Assembly: GCA_951406725.2 (NCBI GenBank) | Contig: OX597816.1 | Location: 88,660,001-88,724,000 of the forward strand | Source: Octopus vulgaris | Lineage: Eukaryota | Length of the DNA stretch: 64,000 bases | Reading direction: 5' to 3' | Shown here: positions 63,747 through 64,000 of the stretch, piece by piece | Layout of the letters: each line of letters starts with the position of its first letter | Position numbering within the stretch: position 1 is the stretch's first letter | Program-made: the position numbers and the translations under genes | The notes under the pieces: generated by a model | What the model was told of the DNA's origin: nothing | Database searches by the model: none | Seen by the model: only the letters and a program-made list of their open reading frames with translations

Positions 63747-64000
63747 CCAACACAGGCAAATCCTGTGATAACCAATGCCTAAGTGCACTGCCTAAATATC
63801 AATCTTAAGAAATTAGGCTTCTCAAAACCAGAAAGGAGAAAGCTGATGCGAAGGCTACCGATCCAATCCACCACTGGAACCGTAAAATTTTGTAAAACTT
63901 TCCAGAAGTTTGTCATTTAAATATATATGAGCCTGTCTAAATATGCAACTATATGCATGAGAATACGTACGTAAAACATACAAATTTGCACATACACACA

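Overview
AT-rich, microsatellite-saturated eukaryotic non-coding DNA. The repeat repertoire suggests an octopus (cephalopod) intron or intergenic region; this is an inference from recalled SINE families, not a database result. No host protein-coding gene is supportable, and almost all ORF-track entries are translations of simple repeats. The window holds tRNA-derived SINEs with interchangeable heads and tails, and two R4/Dong-clade LINE remnants associated with (TAA)n. It also holds degraded Penelope-like element (PLE) remnants, mariner/Tigger/Helitron relics and several foldback MITE-like palindromes. The most notable hidden signal is a set of type I hammerhead-ribozyme (HHR) motifs: near-canonical at 33888-33965 and 38752-38864, and variant or degraded at 13782, 24688, 35403, 36296 and 62925. 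The HHR at 38752 sits in an element with no recognisable ORF (38448-39314) whose two inverted halves reconstruct one circularly permuted monomer of about 640 nt, i.e. a retrozyme-like or PLE pseudo-LTR (pLTR) unit. Coordinates of degraded repeats are approximate.
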